Of a stretch of DNA of 64,000 nucleotides, positions 15,633 to 27,149 are shown in pieces. Below the pieces are notes generated by a model that had not been told where the DNA came from, ran no database searches, and saw only the letters and a list, made by a program, of their open reading frames with translations. The stretch is from Macrostomum lignano. Lineage: Eukaryota. The stretch is taken from positions 62,001-126,000 of the forward strand of contig NIVC01001402.1 in the NCBI GenBank assembly GCA_002269645.1. The letters run 5' to 3'. The position numbers and the translations under genes were made by a program. Numbering within the stretch: position 1 is the first letter of the stretch; every line of letters begins with the position of its first letter.

Positions 15633-15719
15633 ATGATGAGCTCATACATCGGCGTCGGGCGGAATGACTCAATCTGGCTTGTAAAACAGCCGGGCCCTGA
15701 TATTGCCAGTCGATTCTGA
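15633..15719 (+). ncRNA. Box C/D snoRNA, copy 1
   Basis: Box C ATGATGA (15633), D'-like ATGA, C'-like TGATAT, box D CTGA (15716-15719); terminal stem cacacc/ggtgtg. Confidence 0.8.
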
Positions 15720-15848
15720 GCGGGTGTGATTTTTTAGATGATTAAACCTGACGGTAATGGGAAGGTTAGACAGGTTCTAAGTTCAGACTCTTGTGTTCCT
15801 CTACTGCTTAGGTCTGTGAGATATTTGAATTCCTGCATCGCACCAGCC

Positions 15849-15936
15849 GTGATGAGCTCCTATATCGGCGTCGGGCGGAATGACTCAATCTGGCTTGTAA
15901 AACAGCCGGGCCCTGATATTGCCAGTCGATTCTGAG
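15849..15936 (+). ncRNA. Box C/D snoRNA, copy 2
   Basis: GTGATGA...ATCGGCGTCGGGCGGAATGA...CTGATATTGCCAGTCGATTCTGA; near-identical to copy 1. Confidence 0.8.
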
Positions 15937-16070
15937 CGGGTGTGATTTTAAAGATAATTAAGCCTGGCGGTAGTAGTCAGGTCAAACAGGTTCTCTAAGT
16001 TCAGACTCTTGTGTTTCCTCTGCTGCGTAGGTCTGCGAGTTAATGTTTGAATTCCTGCATCGCACCAGCC

Positions 16071-16151
16071 GTGATGAGCTCCCATATCGGCGTCGGGCGG
16101 AATGAAGCTAGCAGCTTCAAAAGTTGCTCTGATATTGCCAGTCGATTCTGA
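16071..16151 (+). ncRNA. Box C/D snoRNA, copy 3
   Basis: Same boxes and guide segments; different central loop. Confidence 0.8.
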
Positions 16152-16225
16152 GCCTGTGCGAATTATTCACTACAAGTAGTATAAGCCGCTTTTTTGTAAA
16201 TATATGCATAGTCACTCAAGCTCAA

Positions 16226-16301
16226 ATGATGAGGCAAATATCGGCGTCGGGCGGAATGAATCCAGCTTCAATGCTGACCTGATATTGCCAGTCGATTCTG
16301 A
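16226..16301 (+). ncRNA. Box C/D snoRNA, copy 4
   Basis: ATGATGA...same two invariant segments...CTGA; divergent loop and flanks. Confidence 0.8.
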
Positions 16302-16406
16302 TGCGCTTTTGTTGATAGGGATCAATTCCTGATTGATTATTCATGTTCACTTGTTCAATCTCAGTAAGTCTCCCCTCCCCCAAATTCTGTTACAGCCAGC
16401 CGCTTG

Positions 16407-16883
16407 ATGAAGCTTGAGTTGTGCAGCTTCTCCGGATTCAAGGTGTACCCCGGCCGCGGCCGCTGGCTGATCCGCACCGACGGCAAGACCTTCCACTTCC
16501 TAAATTCGAAGTGCGAGCGCTCCCACTTCCAGAAGAAAAATCCACGCGAGGTCAGCTGGACTGTGCTGTACCGGCGCAAGCACAAGAAGGGCCAGGTGGA
16601 AGAGGCCGCGAAGAAGAAGTCGCGCAAGTCGCACAAGGCCATCCGGGCGGTGGCCGGCCTGTCCATGGCCGACCTCATGGCCAAGCGCAACCAGAAGCCG
16701 GAGTTCCGCAAGGCCCAGCGAGAGCAGGCGGTCCGCAACGCCAAGGAGAAGGCCAAGGCCAAGGAGGCCGAGAAGAAGGCGCAGAAGCAAGCAGAGGCCA
16801 AGCAGTCCCGCCCCGCCGGCCAGAAGCAGAAGGCGGCCAAGGTCATGAAGCCCACCGCGCCACGGGTTGGCGGCAAGCGCTAA
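16407..16883 (+). CDS. RPL24: 60S ribosomal protein L24 (eL24), intronless CDS
   Basis: [19 protein letters not shown]...[14 protein letters not shown]...[18 protein letters not shown]...PRVGGKR; AG acceptor (ttacag) 11 nt before the ATG. Confidence 0.97.
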   Translation: MKLELCSFSGFKVYPGRGRWLIRTDGKTFHFLNSKCERSHFQKKNPREVSWTVLYRRKHKKGQVEEAAKKKSRKSHKAIRAVAGLSMADLMAKRNQKPEFRKAQREQAVRNAKEKAKAKEAEKKAQKQAEAKQSRPAGQKQKAAKVMKPTAPRVGGKR

Positions 16884-17809
16884 TTGAGACTCAATTATCC
16901 AGTCCGAGTTCCCCTTCGCCATTTGTTTCCCCACCACTCCAGTAGCCATTGTTGACGCGTTGCTTTTGCCTAATGTGATCTGGTAATATGAGGAGATTGT
17001 GAGAAAAAGAAATAATTAACCACTGGAACTAAAATTGCTTGCTGCCGTTTGCTTTCAACAGTTTTTGTTTTTTTGTTTTTCTCGGCTGAAGAATTAATTA
17101 CACCTTACTTCGCTACGCTAAAGAGCTTACGCTAAAGAGATTTAGCGGACGATCTGTTTTCTAAAAAAAAGAGAGCAAAAAGTGATCCTTCATTTTTGGC
17201 TGCTGTGTGACGAGTACTACTGGGGAAGTGTTGTTCGAAGGCTTATACGCTTTTACGTTTGCAAAAATTCACATTCTCGAGGTCAGGTAAATCTATGGTA
17301 CGAGGTACTAGCAATCATCACCACCCGTTGGGGAGCCAACAAACAATGGAATAATTTTTTTCATGAACTACATGAGGTTTCTGACCTCAGACTTGTTGGC
17401 ATCTCAGCCATTCTGAATCCCGCAAGTCTTGATATCTCAGCAATGATTGAACATACTTAATAGTAGAATTATAGCAATCTACAGCACATATAATAAACCC
17501 GGCACCGGCATTCTGAAGATCTAGTGTAAATTTACATGCGCTCATTGTGCACAATTACTAAATAGTGAGGTAAACCAAATTTGCGACTGTTGCTTGTAAA
17601 TGCACACTTCTTTCAAAACTTATCAGAAAAGATCCGCATAGAAAATCGTCCCGATAAGGAAAACTTTTACTAGGCCCTATCTTGTAGAAGCTTGGATGAC
17701 AATTGATCGATGTCGCGCAATTGGAAACAGTTGGTTCCTTCATAATCATTCGTTTGGAGTATACTCTATTGAAAGCTGTTGTCAGTTTGCGTTGATGGGT
17801 GTTACACAG

Positions 17810-20263
17810 CACCCGACGACAACCGGCTAGCCGGGCCAAAAGCTTACAAAATCATCGGGCTAACCGGCAGGAAAGCGCGCTTTCGAGCTCTCGCTTCTCC
17901 CGGCTAGACGGGCCCAAAGCGCGCTCCCATACAATCAAATGGGAGTGTATCAATTGAAAGCTTTTAACGGGTGTTTAATAACAATTTGCAGTATAAAAAT
18001 CGACGTTTGTTAATATTAATTCGCTTGCATGTAATTTGAAAACAAAATTTACAGGAATGAGCTAGGGTTCCTGTGTTCAACGTTCAACAAAAGCTTTTAA
18101 GGCATATTTGTTGTGCTACTGTGCATTGCTGTGCTGGCCTATGCACTAGACTAAACAAGTGAAGGCTTCGTGTACAAGATAAATGAAAGGAGCTTTTCTG
18201 AAATTTCTTGTGCATTATTATGTTATTGCTTAAGTAATTTTGTTCTATAGTTTAAGCTTGTCACGTGTTAGTTAATTAATAATACAGGCATTTGAAATAT
18301 AAATGTAGGTCTAATATTTTGAGAAGTAACTTATAAGCTGCTTTTATTCAATTATAAAAAGGCTTCAATTCAATTAAATTCTATTTATTTAGCTATAGCC
18401 CTATGTATGTAGGAAAGCCTATTGAGCACTAAGCCTGGGCCTAGCTTATTGACTGACTTGGTCTTAATGAATAGATTTAGCTAACTTACTAGATAAGAGC
18501 CTTAAAATTTTTGTTTTTTCTATCTATCTACTTTATGTATACCAATAGGCCTAGACTAAATAGCAAACTATAAAACTAAGCCTACAATATTTTATATCAA
18601 ATACCTGATGTTTGACTTATTTTCCTTTCCTTAGTTCCCCTCTCCCCTAACCTTGGATTTCCTCCTTCTAACCCTGGCTTCCCTTCCTTGACCTTGGCTT
18701 CCCTCCCCCTGACCCTGGCTTCTCTCCTTACTGACCCTGGTTTCTCTCCTCCCCTGACCTTGGCTTCTCTCCTCCCCTGACCTTGGCTTCCTTCCCCTAA
18801 CCCTGGCTTCTCTCCCCTTGACCCTGGCTTCTCTCCACTTGGCCCTGGCTTCTGTCCCCCTGACCCTGGCTTCCCTTCCCTGATCCTGGCTTCTCTCATC
18901 CCCTGACCCTGGCTTCTCTCCTCCCGTGACCCTGGCTTCTCTCCTTCCGTGACCCTGGCTTTTCTGTGCCTGGCCCTGGCTTCTCTCTCCCTGACCCTGG
19001 CTTCCCTCTCTTGACCCTAGTTTCTCTCCCCCTGACCCTTGCTTCTCTCCGCCTGGCCTGGCTTTTCTCCTTACTGCTGACCCCTGGCTTCTCTCTCCCT
19101 GACCCTGGCTTCCCTCCCCTGACCCTCGCTTCCCTGCCCTGACCCTGGCTTCCCTCCCCTGATCCTGGCTTCTCTCCCGCTGGCCTTGGCTTCCCTCCCT
19201 TGACCTTGGCTTCTCTCCCCAGACCCTCGCTTCCTTCCCCTGACCCTGGCTTCCCTCCACCTGGCCCTGGCTTCTCTCCCCCTGACCCTGGCTTCCCTCC
19301 CTTGACTCTAGCTTTTCTCCCCCTGACCCTGGCTTCTCTCCGCCTGGCCTTGGCTTCCCTCCCTTGACCCTGGCTTCACTCCCCTGACCCTGGCTTCTCT
19401 CCGCCTGGCCTGGCTTTTCTCCTTACTGACCCCTAGCTTCTCTCTCCCTGACCCTGGCTTCCCTCCCCTGACCCTGTCTTCTCTCCTCCCCTGACCCTGG
19501 CTTCTCTCTTTACTGACCCTGGCTTCCCTCTCTTGACCCTAGCTTCTCCCCCCCTGACCCTGGCTTCCCTCCACCTGGCCTGGCTTCTCTCCTTACTGAT
19601 CCCTGGCTTCTCTCTCCCTGACCCTGGCTTCCCTCCCCTTACCCTGGCTTCTCTCCTTACTGACCCCTGGCTTCTCTCTCCCTAACCCTGACTTCCCTCC
19701 CCTGACCCTGGCTTCTCTCCCCTGACCCTGGCTTCTCTCCTCCCCTGGCCCTGGCTTCTCTCCCCTGACCCTGGCTTCCCTCCCCTGACCCTGGCTTCTC
19801 TCCTCCCCTGACTCTGGCTTCCCTCCCCTGACCCTGGCTTCCCTCCCTCTTGACCCCTGGATTCCCTCCCTCCTGACCCCTGTTTCCTTCCCTCTTGACC
19901 CATGGCTCCCTCTCTTGTTCGCCCATGGCCCTCCTTCTCCCATGGCTCGCTCCCTTCTTTTTTAAACATCTCTCCTGACCCCTCTTGACCCGTAACTTCT
20001 GCCCTGCTCTGCCCTCTTGCTCTGACGTCTGCTGTCTGCTCTACCTTGCTCCTTTGCCCCCTGCTTTTCTGTCCTCTGGTTTTCTGCCCCCTGCTCTGCC
20101 CCCGCTGCTTTGCTCCCTGCTGTCTGCTCTACCCTGCTTCTCCGCCCTCTGCTAAAGTAGTCTCGTATTAGTACCAAGCAGCACAGCTTATTGAAAGCAC
20201 ATTCTTCCTTCAGAAAAAGCTACCGGTGAAGCCCAGCTGCTGTCCCATTGGCACCTTTGCTTT
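17810..20263 (+). repeat. Left TIR arm, with internal (ctgaccctggcttc...) sub-repeat array at ~18650-19900
   Basis: Reverse complement of 27150-29821; identical 100-aa spurious ORFs at 18597-18899(-) and 28732-29034(+). Confidence 0.92.
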
Positions 20264-22258
20264 TGCCTCTGGTGCGATTGGCCTAGCAACAAACAAGCAG
20301 CTGTTCACCCACAAAAGCTATCCAAGCGCGAGCTTTCTACTATGTGTGCACACTGAGCTGAAATTAGTTTGTACGTACCGCCACTATGAGTTCTGATACG
20401 CTGACATCTGGTGCAACCGTTACGGCCGGGTCTGCCGCTGGTTCCGCTTAAGCAGCCGCCTCAAACATCGCTGCTGCAGCCGAAACTGAAGCTGGCTCCG
20501 CCAAAGCTATTTTTTAATTCGACAATTCTTTTAACATTTAGATCACCGAATTCTGTTAATACATGTTCAGATCTTGTAAAGCTCAACAAAAGCACCCATT
20601 TGTCATCGCCCTTTTCCAATATTGCTACTCGCATTACTCCCTGTGCAATGGGAGCCACACTCAATGTTTTTGGTGTCGTGTTTTTAGGTTGTTTATGGGT
20701 GGATTTTCTATTTGTAAAAGCATTTTTCGAGTCAATGCAGTTTGTAACATCGGAGTATCATATATTTTTGCTGTGATTTCTGGGAGACATTTTTTCGAGA
20801 CGATACTGCTCTGTGACAGGGTGGTGTTCAACGTGTGCCATTTTAATTCAATCCTTGATCACAAAGCTCGGAGCAAGTGCCCCTAGACTTCAGTGTCAGG
20901 CTTTCAGTTTAAGCAAATAATCCAAAATAATTTCGGCTGTACCATTGTGGACCAACAATGACCAACCCCTTATACTGTCAAAATCCTGTTGTTTTTACAG
21001 GTTCTTATATTTCTACTAGGAACTGACAGGTGTCTTTTGTTGTTACCGCCAGTTATTTTTTTAAACATTACTGCTCTTCATGAAGATGCGTGCAAAAAAT
21101 ACAGATATAAACTTTCATGTTACATACAGTTATGACCAGGAGCTTTCCGATTTTAGTTGGTCATATAATTTTGTCGAAAACTTGGTTTTGTGTTTCTGGA
21201 GTATTTCTTAAATAGCATGCGCTCCGCAAAATTTTGTTGATTTAGCTTTACACTCCAGAAGTAAAATTTTCTCAGTGAACTCACATTTTATTTCGCTCTT
21301 AGTGGTGCAGCTTAAGCATGTTTCGAATGCTCCCAGCAAGCTGCCGAGAGTTCCTGCACTGGCAAGAAAGGACGCTGCCTGTTAATGGTGTCTTAGTAAA
21401 AGTGCTCAAGAGAGAAATCTTCATGCGATTCTGATGAGCGCTCACCCTGGTGGGCCATGGGTATTCCGGCTATAGTGGTTGCATGGAGCAAACCTGAGGC
21501 AGGGGTCTAGCAAGGAAGACTCACTTATTGTGTATTAAAAATTTACGCATATTCATACATGTAGGGTCGAATTGGGCTTCAGCAACGCAGGGGAAGCGGC
21601 AAAATAAGGGCGGGGGCTCGCAGCAGTCTACTGATTCAGTCGGACTGCTAGTCTGGGGAGCTGTCAAAACAGCCGATGCGCGGTGCACCACTGCACCAGC
21701 TGCCGATGCTGCTTCAGTCGCCTACCAACCTGTTCGCGCTGCCAGGAGCGAACTACAAATTAAGTTTTTCCGCTCGATCCAAGTCATGTGACGAAACCCA
21801 GGGGCTGCCTGAGAATATCTGTGTAAACCTCTGGGCTCTAGCGCTGAAAATTACCAGCCGCCATGCATGCCTCACATGGACTTCTCCACCTCTGGATGCT
21901 GTTTTGTAGCTGACGTTGCGGTCAAGTTTCAATTATCTCGACAGCGCGGGCCCGGGTTGTTTGTTTGCCGAAGGGCGTGGCCGCCTCTGCAGTCACTTGT
22001 GTAGGAGTACACCCGAAAAACTCGACACTACTAGAAATGGCACGTACATTTACATGTAACACTCTAATGGACTCTATTCGAGGAGGCATACAAGGGACGG
22101 TTTACTTGTAATCAGTGCTGGAAATGAGGAATTTAAAGACTTTTGCATAAGGGGGATCTTTAGTTGGTGGGCGACTCTATAGGAAATGAAGCTGGGGTTC
22201 CCGGCGGGGACCGCGGTGGTTCGGTCTCGCGGGAAAACAAACAATAATTAAAACAAAT

Positions 22259-22560
22259 TTGTATCACCGCGCCGGCCTGGTGCGTCCAAGCGACCTGTTG
22301 CGCCGTCGGCGACTCCAGCTGGCAGGCCACATCATCCGCGCCGAGTCGTACTGGCCAAAGCCGGTGCAGGAGGTGCTGCTGCTGACGCTGCAGGCACCGG
22401 CCCTACCGGCGGGGACAGGCGCGCACTCGGCGTTTCGACTCGACTAGCTGCCTGCTGGCTGATGCTGGCGCCCCGGAGCCGGCGGCGTGGCGTTCATTCG
22501 CAACCTGGCCTTGAGGCGCGCCGTGTGACGCTGACTGCGTATTCTGTTGTTGTTGTTCTG
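22259..22560 (+). mobile_element. 3' fragment of a non-LTR retrotransposon (RTE-like C-terminus) with a (TTG)n tail
   Basis: YHRAGLVRPSDLLRRRRLQLAGHIIRAE...; closely similar to the reverse complement of 44720-44960; ends ctgttgttgttgtt. Confidence 0.75.
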
Positions 22561-23834
22561 GTACGTGGCGCGGCTATGCCTTTTGGCGTGTACCTATAAA
22601 AAACCCGGATCAGCCGCTAGTTTTGTTCAGGGGAGCTTGACCACTAATCAAGCATACACTATCAACAGCCGAGAGTGTTCAACTAAATTACAGCAGGATG
22701 CATACTATAGAGAGCGAGTTCTAGGGAGTCTTCACTGGAATCAGTGTGTAATCGCAATTGTACTTCTTCGTACGTACGTATGGTCAAGTCACTTGGCTAT
22801 TATTCTGTTACATGTAATTTCTAGCTCATGTAACTGTATAAATGATGCATGGGATGTACGTATATGATACATGTGTAGATCACAGTTTGTGTGTTCCACA
22901 AGTCATAAATAATGTTACCAATATGGCATGATAAACATGGCCATGTACATGTATGCGCCTTATTGTAGGTAGAAACTGTGTTCAGGTATATTCTATTGTA
23001 TGTCAATACATTTTGCACTTACATGTATAGTCGTAGAGTTCACGTCCTGGAAAGCAATTACTCGTAGCACATGTGCATGAAGCTGTGATTCTTATTTTAA
23101 AGAAGATTCTTAACCAAATTTCTAAACAGTCCAGAGGTGCACGCACTAAATTCAGGGAACGGCAGGAGTCGCATGCGGACGTCCGTTCTGTCTTCCGTGT
23201 ACTTCTACATGTACGTATATAAGAAATTCCATTGAAGCCATTCAGAATCGCTTCCGTACTTTATTGGTGCTCTCCCAAGTGCTAATGACACCTCCTCGCT
23301 ACGCCCCAACATTGGCACCTACACAGAACACACTAACACCTAACCTCATCTTTTAATGAGTTGCATAGCGCTATGCGTGATGAAGTACTGTACGAGTAAC
23401 GCAAGTTACTATCGATAATAATCTCAAAATTCTATCCCTTTTGTAACAGCCCGAAATAGATGAACTCGATCCAATATATCGACGAGCTACAGTGTATAGT
23501 GCATGTGTATCGATTTATACCACTTTCTAGAATGTATCCTATTGTACACCACACCACTCAGCACCCAACACACCACCTTACTCAATGCAGGTACATTATA
23601 TCGCAGAAGTCACATAAGCGCTGGAAGAAATATTTATTAAATTGTTAGAAATCGACAGTAACTCGTACATGTACAAGGGTACATACGTAATTGTATGTGG
23701 CGCTTTCATCAATAAGGCTTTTTAGCATGTCTTAGTTTTTTAAACAAACGAACTAAAACAAGTTTATTAGAGCATACTTAAGGTCTTAAAAATAGCGTCA
23801 CACAGCTATATTCCCCTAGTACAGGAAGTTCCCA

Positions 23835-24300
23835 AAGCACTTCTCTGGCTAGAGTTGGCGCTAGAGGAACTCGCTAAGATGGGATTCAAAAATGGTCACT
23901 AGCGCCATGCTGGCTGCAAAACTTCGCCTTCACGAGTGCCCAGGTGCCTTCGATGTTGTTTGTGGGCACAGTTGGATCGTTCGGATCAACGAAATGCAGA
24001 CGGTGATTGAAAAACACCTGGGGAAGCGCACTATATACCTGCCAGCCGTCAGTTAAAATGCGTGTCCCAGGCAACACACTGCTGAATAATCTGACTCAGC
24101 AGACCGGTTGGGTACTTGTACCATCATGCATTTGCGTGTACCTTGCTCGACCATCCCAAGCACCCAGTGGCCCTCGCGGTAAGCTCCCTGGTGGTATTTG
24201 CGATGAAAAAAATGGACTCATCCACTTCAACTTCTCTTCCTTTTATTGGCTTTTTTATTATTGCAAGCAAAAAAGAACAATTATTTCTCAGTTTTCGTAC
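23835..24300 (-). pseudogene. Decayed Merlin (IS1595/ISXO2-like DDE) transposase
   Basis: Across frameshifts: VEVDES..RKYHQG..GHWVLGMVE..LPGTRILTDGWQVY..NHRLHFVDPND..TNNIEGTW..EFL*R, the ISXO2/Merlin motif order. Confidence 0.8.
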
Positions 24301-24614
24301 AACATATCCTTTATTTTTTTCTCGCTTATCGCACATTCCATTGTCAGCTGCTAGTATTTTCTCTGTCGTTTGTCAAAAAATGGCACAATTCAGGTACACT
24401 AAATGGCACACTATAATAAAAAACGAGAAAAGAACACGGACAATTCGATTTAACAATTCCACAAGACTTAGCAACAGCCGCAAAAACCAACGTACCACGA
24501 CGTGAACACCTACAAGTCAACTTATGATTTTTTGACCAAAATATAAAATATGCAGAAGGTACAAGTGGTCAGTTCAGCCACACTGTTAGAGCGCGACGAC
24601 AGTACTTTGGTCAA

Positions 24615-26715
24615 ACCTCTCAGCTCTCAACTTCCGCCACCTTCCCGCTCTCAGCTCCTGCCACCTTCCCGCTCTCAGCTCCCGCCACCTTCCCGCTCTC
24701 AGCTCCCGCCACCTTCCTGCTCTCAGCTCCCGCCACCTTCCCGCTCTCAGCTCCCACCACCTTCCCGCTCTCAGCTCATGCCACCTTCCCGCTCTCAGCT
24801 CCCGCCACCTTCCCGCTCTCAGCTCCCGCAACCTTCCCGCTCTCAGCTCCCGCCACCTTCCCGCTCTCAGCTCCCACCACCTTCCCGCTCTCAGCTCCCA
24901 CCACCTTCCCGCTCTCAGCTCATGCCACCTTCCCGCTCTCAGCTCCCGCCACCTTCCCGCTCTCAGCTCCCACCACCTTCCCGCTCTCAGCTCCCGCCAC
25001 CTTCCCGCTCTCAACTCCCGCCACCTTCCCGCTCTCAGCTCCCACCACCTTCCCGCTCTCAGCTCCCGCCACCTTCCCGCTCTCAGCTCATGCCACCTTC
25101 CCGCTCTCAGCTCTCGCCACCTTCCCGCTCTCAGCTCATGCCACCTTCCCGCTCTCAGCTCTCGCCACCTTCCCGCTCTCAGCTCCCGCCACCTTCCTGC
25201 TCTCAGCTCCCACCACCTTCCCGCTCTCAGCTCCCGCCACCTTCCCGCTCTCAGCTCATGCCACCTTCCTGCTCTCAGCTCCCGCCACCTTCCCGCTCTC
25301 AGCTCCCGCCACCTTCCCGCTCTCAGCTCCCGCCACCTTCCCGCTCTCAGCTCCCGCCACCTTCCCGCTCTCAGCTCCCGCCACCTTCCCGCTCTCAGCT
25401 CCCGCCACCTTCCTGCTCTCAGCTCCCGCCACCTTCCTGCTCTCAGCTCCCGCCACCTTCCCGCTCTCAGCTCCCGCCACCTTCCCGCTCTCAGCTCCCA
25501 CCACCTTCCCGCTCTCAGCTCATGCCACCTTCCCGCTCTCAGCTCCCGCCACCTTCCCGCTCTCAGCTCCCACCACCTTCCCGCTCTCAGCTCCCACCAC
25601 CTTCCCGCTCTCAGCTCCCGCCACCTTCCCGCTCTCAGCTCATGCCACCTTCCTGCTCTCAGCTCCCGCCACCTTCCCGCTCTCAGCTCCCGCCACCTTC
25701 CCGCTCTCAGCTCATGCCACCTTCCCGCTCTCAGCTCCCGCCACCTTCCCGCTCTCAGCTCCCACCACCTTCCCGCTCTCAGCTCCCGCCACCTTCCCGC
25801 TCTCAACTCCCGCCACCTTCCCGCTCTCAGCTCCCACCACCTTCCCGCTCTCAGCTCCCGCCACCTTCCCGCTCTCAGCTCATGCCACCTTCCCGCTCTC
25901 AGCTCTCGCCACCTTCCCGCTCTCAGCTCCCACCACCTTCCCGCTCTCAGCTCATGCCACCTTCCCGCTCTCAGCTCTCGCCACCTTCCCGCTCTCAGCT
26001 CCCGCCACCTTCCTGCTCTCAGCTCCCACCACCTTCCCGCTCTCAGCTCCCGCCACCTTCCCGCTCTCAGCTCATGCCACCTTCCTGCTCTCAGCTCCCG
26101 CCACCTTCCCGCTCTCAGCTCCCGCCACCTTCCCGCTCTCAGCTCCCGCCACCTTCCCGCTCTCAGCTCCCGCCACCTTCCCGCTCTCAGCTCCCGCCAC
26201 CTTCCTGCTCTCAGCTCCCGCCACCTTCCTGCTCTCAGCTCCCGCCACCTTCCCGCTCTCAGCTCCCGCCACCTTCCCGCTCTCAGCTCCCGCCACCTTC
26301 CCGCTCTCAGCTCCCACCACCTTCCCGCTCTCAGCTCATGCCACCTTCCCGCTCTCAGCTCCCGCCACCTTCCCGCTCTCAGCTCCCGCCACCTTCCCGC
26401 TCTCAGCTCCCACCACCTTCCCGCTCTCAGCTCATGCCACCTTCCCGCTCTCAGCTCTCGCCACCTTCCCGCTCTCAGCTCCCGCCACCTTCCTGCTCTC
26501 AGCTCCCACCACCTTCCCGCTCTCAGCTCCCGCCACCTTCCCGCTCTCAGCTCCCGCCACCTTCCCGCTCTCAGCTCCCGCCACCTTCCCGCTCTCAGCT
26601 CCCGCCACCTTCCCGCTCTCAGCTCCCACCACCTTCCCGCTCTCAGCTCCCGCCACCTTCCCGCTCTCAGCTCCCGCCACCTTCCCGCTCTCAGCTCCCG
26701 CCACCTTCCCGCTCT
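24615..26715. repeat. 24-bp minisatellite (ccaccttcccgctctcagctcccg)n, ~87 copies
   Basis: Direct inspection; a stop-free unit divisible by 3 explains the 728/736-aa ORFs. Confidence 0.97.
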
Positions 26716-27149
26716 CCTCGCCTCTGCCAAAATTAGATATGGCTTGTCAATGCATGGCTTTTGTGTTATGGCTATTGGTGATTTGTGAAACCTCACTAAC
26801 GGTGATCGGAAGTACTAATGCATGTATATGTGCATGCATAGAGTACATGAGAAAGAAACTAACAAGTTATGGATAAAAGTAGAGCAAGGGTAAAAGGTAC
26901 AGATAAACAAAGTTAAAAAATTGACTGTAAATAAAGCTAACATGAACTGTCAATGATACGAATTTCCATTTGCTGACAGCTCAAGACAAAATGCTTTCAA
27001 CGACCGTTCCATTCTGAGCTAACTTTGATACGATCACCGCATTGCTGAAGGTTATGGTACGCTTTGCACCGACTGTAGCGTTCGAGGCGGCTGTTCGAGC
27101 AGAACCAGCGGCAGTCCCGGCCGCAGCAGCGTTGTTCGAGACGGTGACC

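Noticed and set aside
18597-19969. R/G/E/K-rich ORFs (and their mirrors at 27236-29034)
   Set aside because: They are read-through of TIR sub-repeats, with no domain content.
22026-22038. CACTACTAGAAAT resembling a plant CACTA terminus
   Set aside because: No matching opposite end or TSD was found.
24550-26796. 728- and 736-aa ORFs
   Set aside because: A 24-bp stop-free repeat is open on both strands; there is no unique coding sequence.
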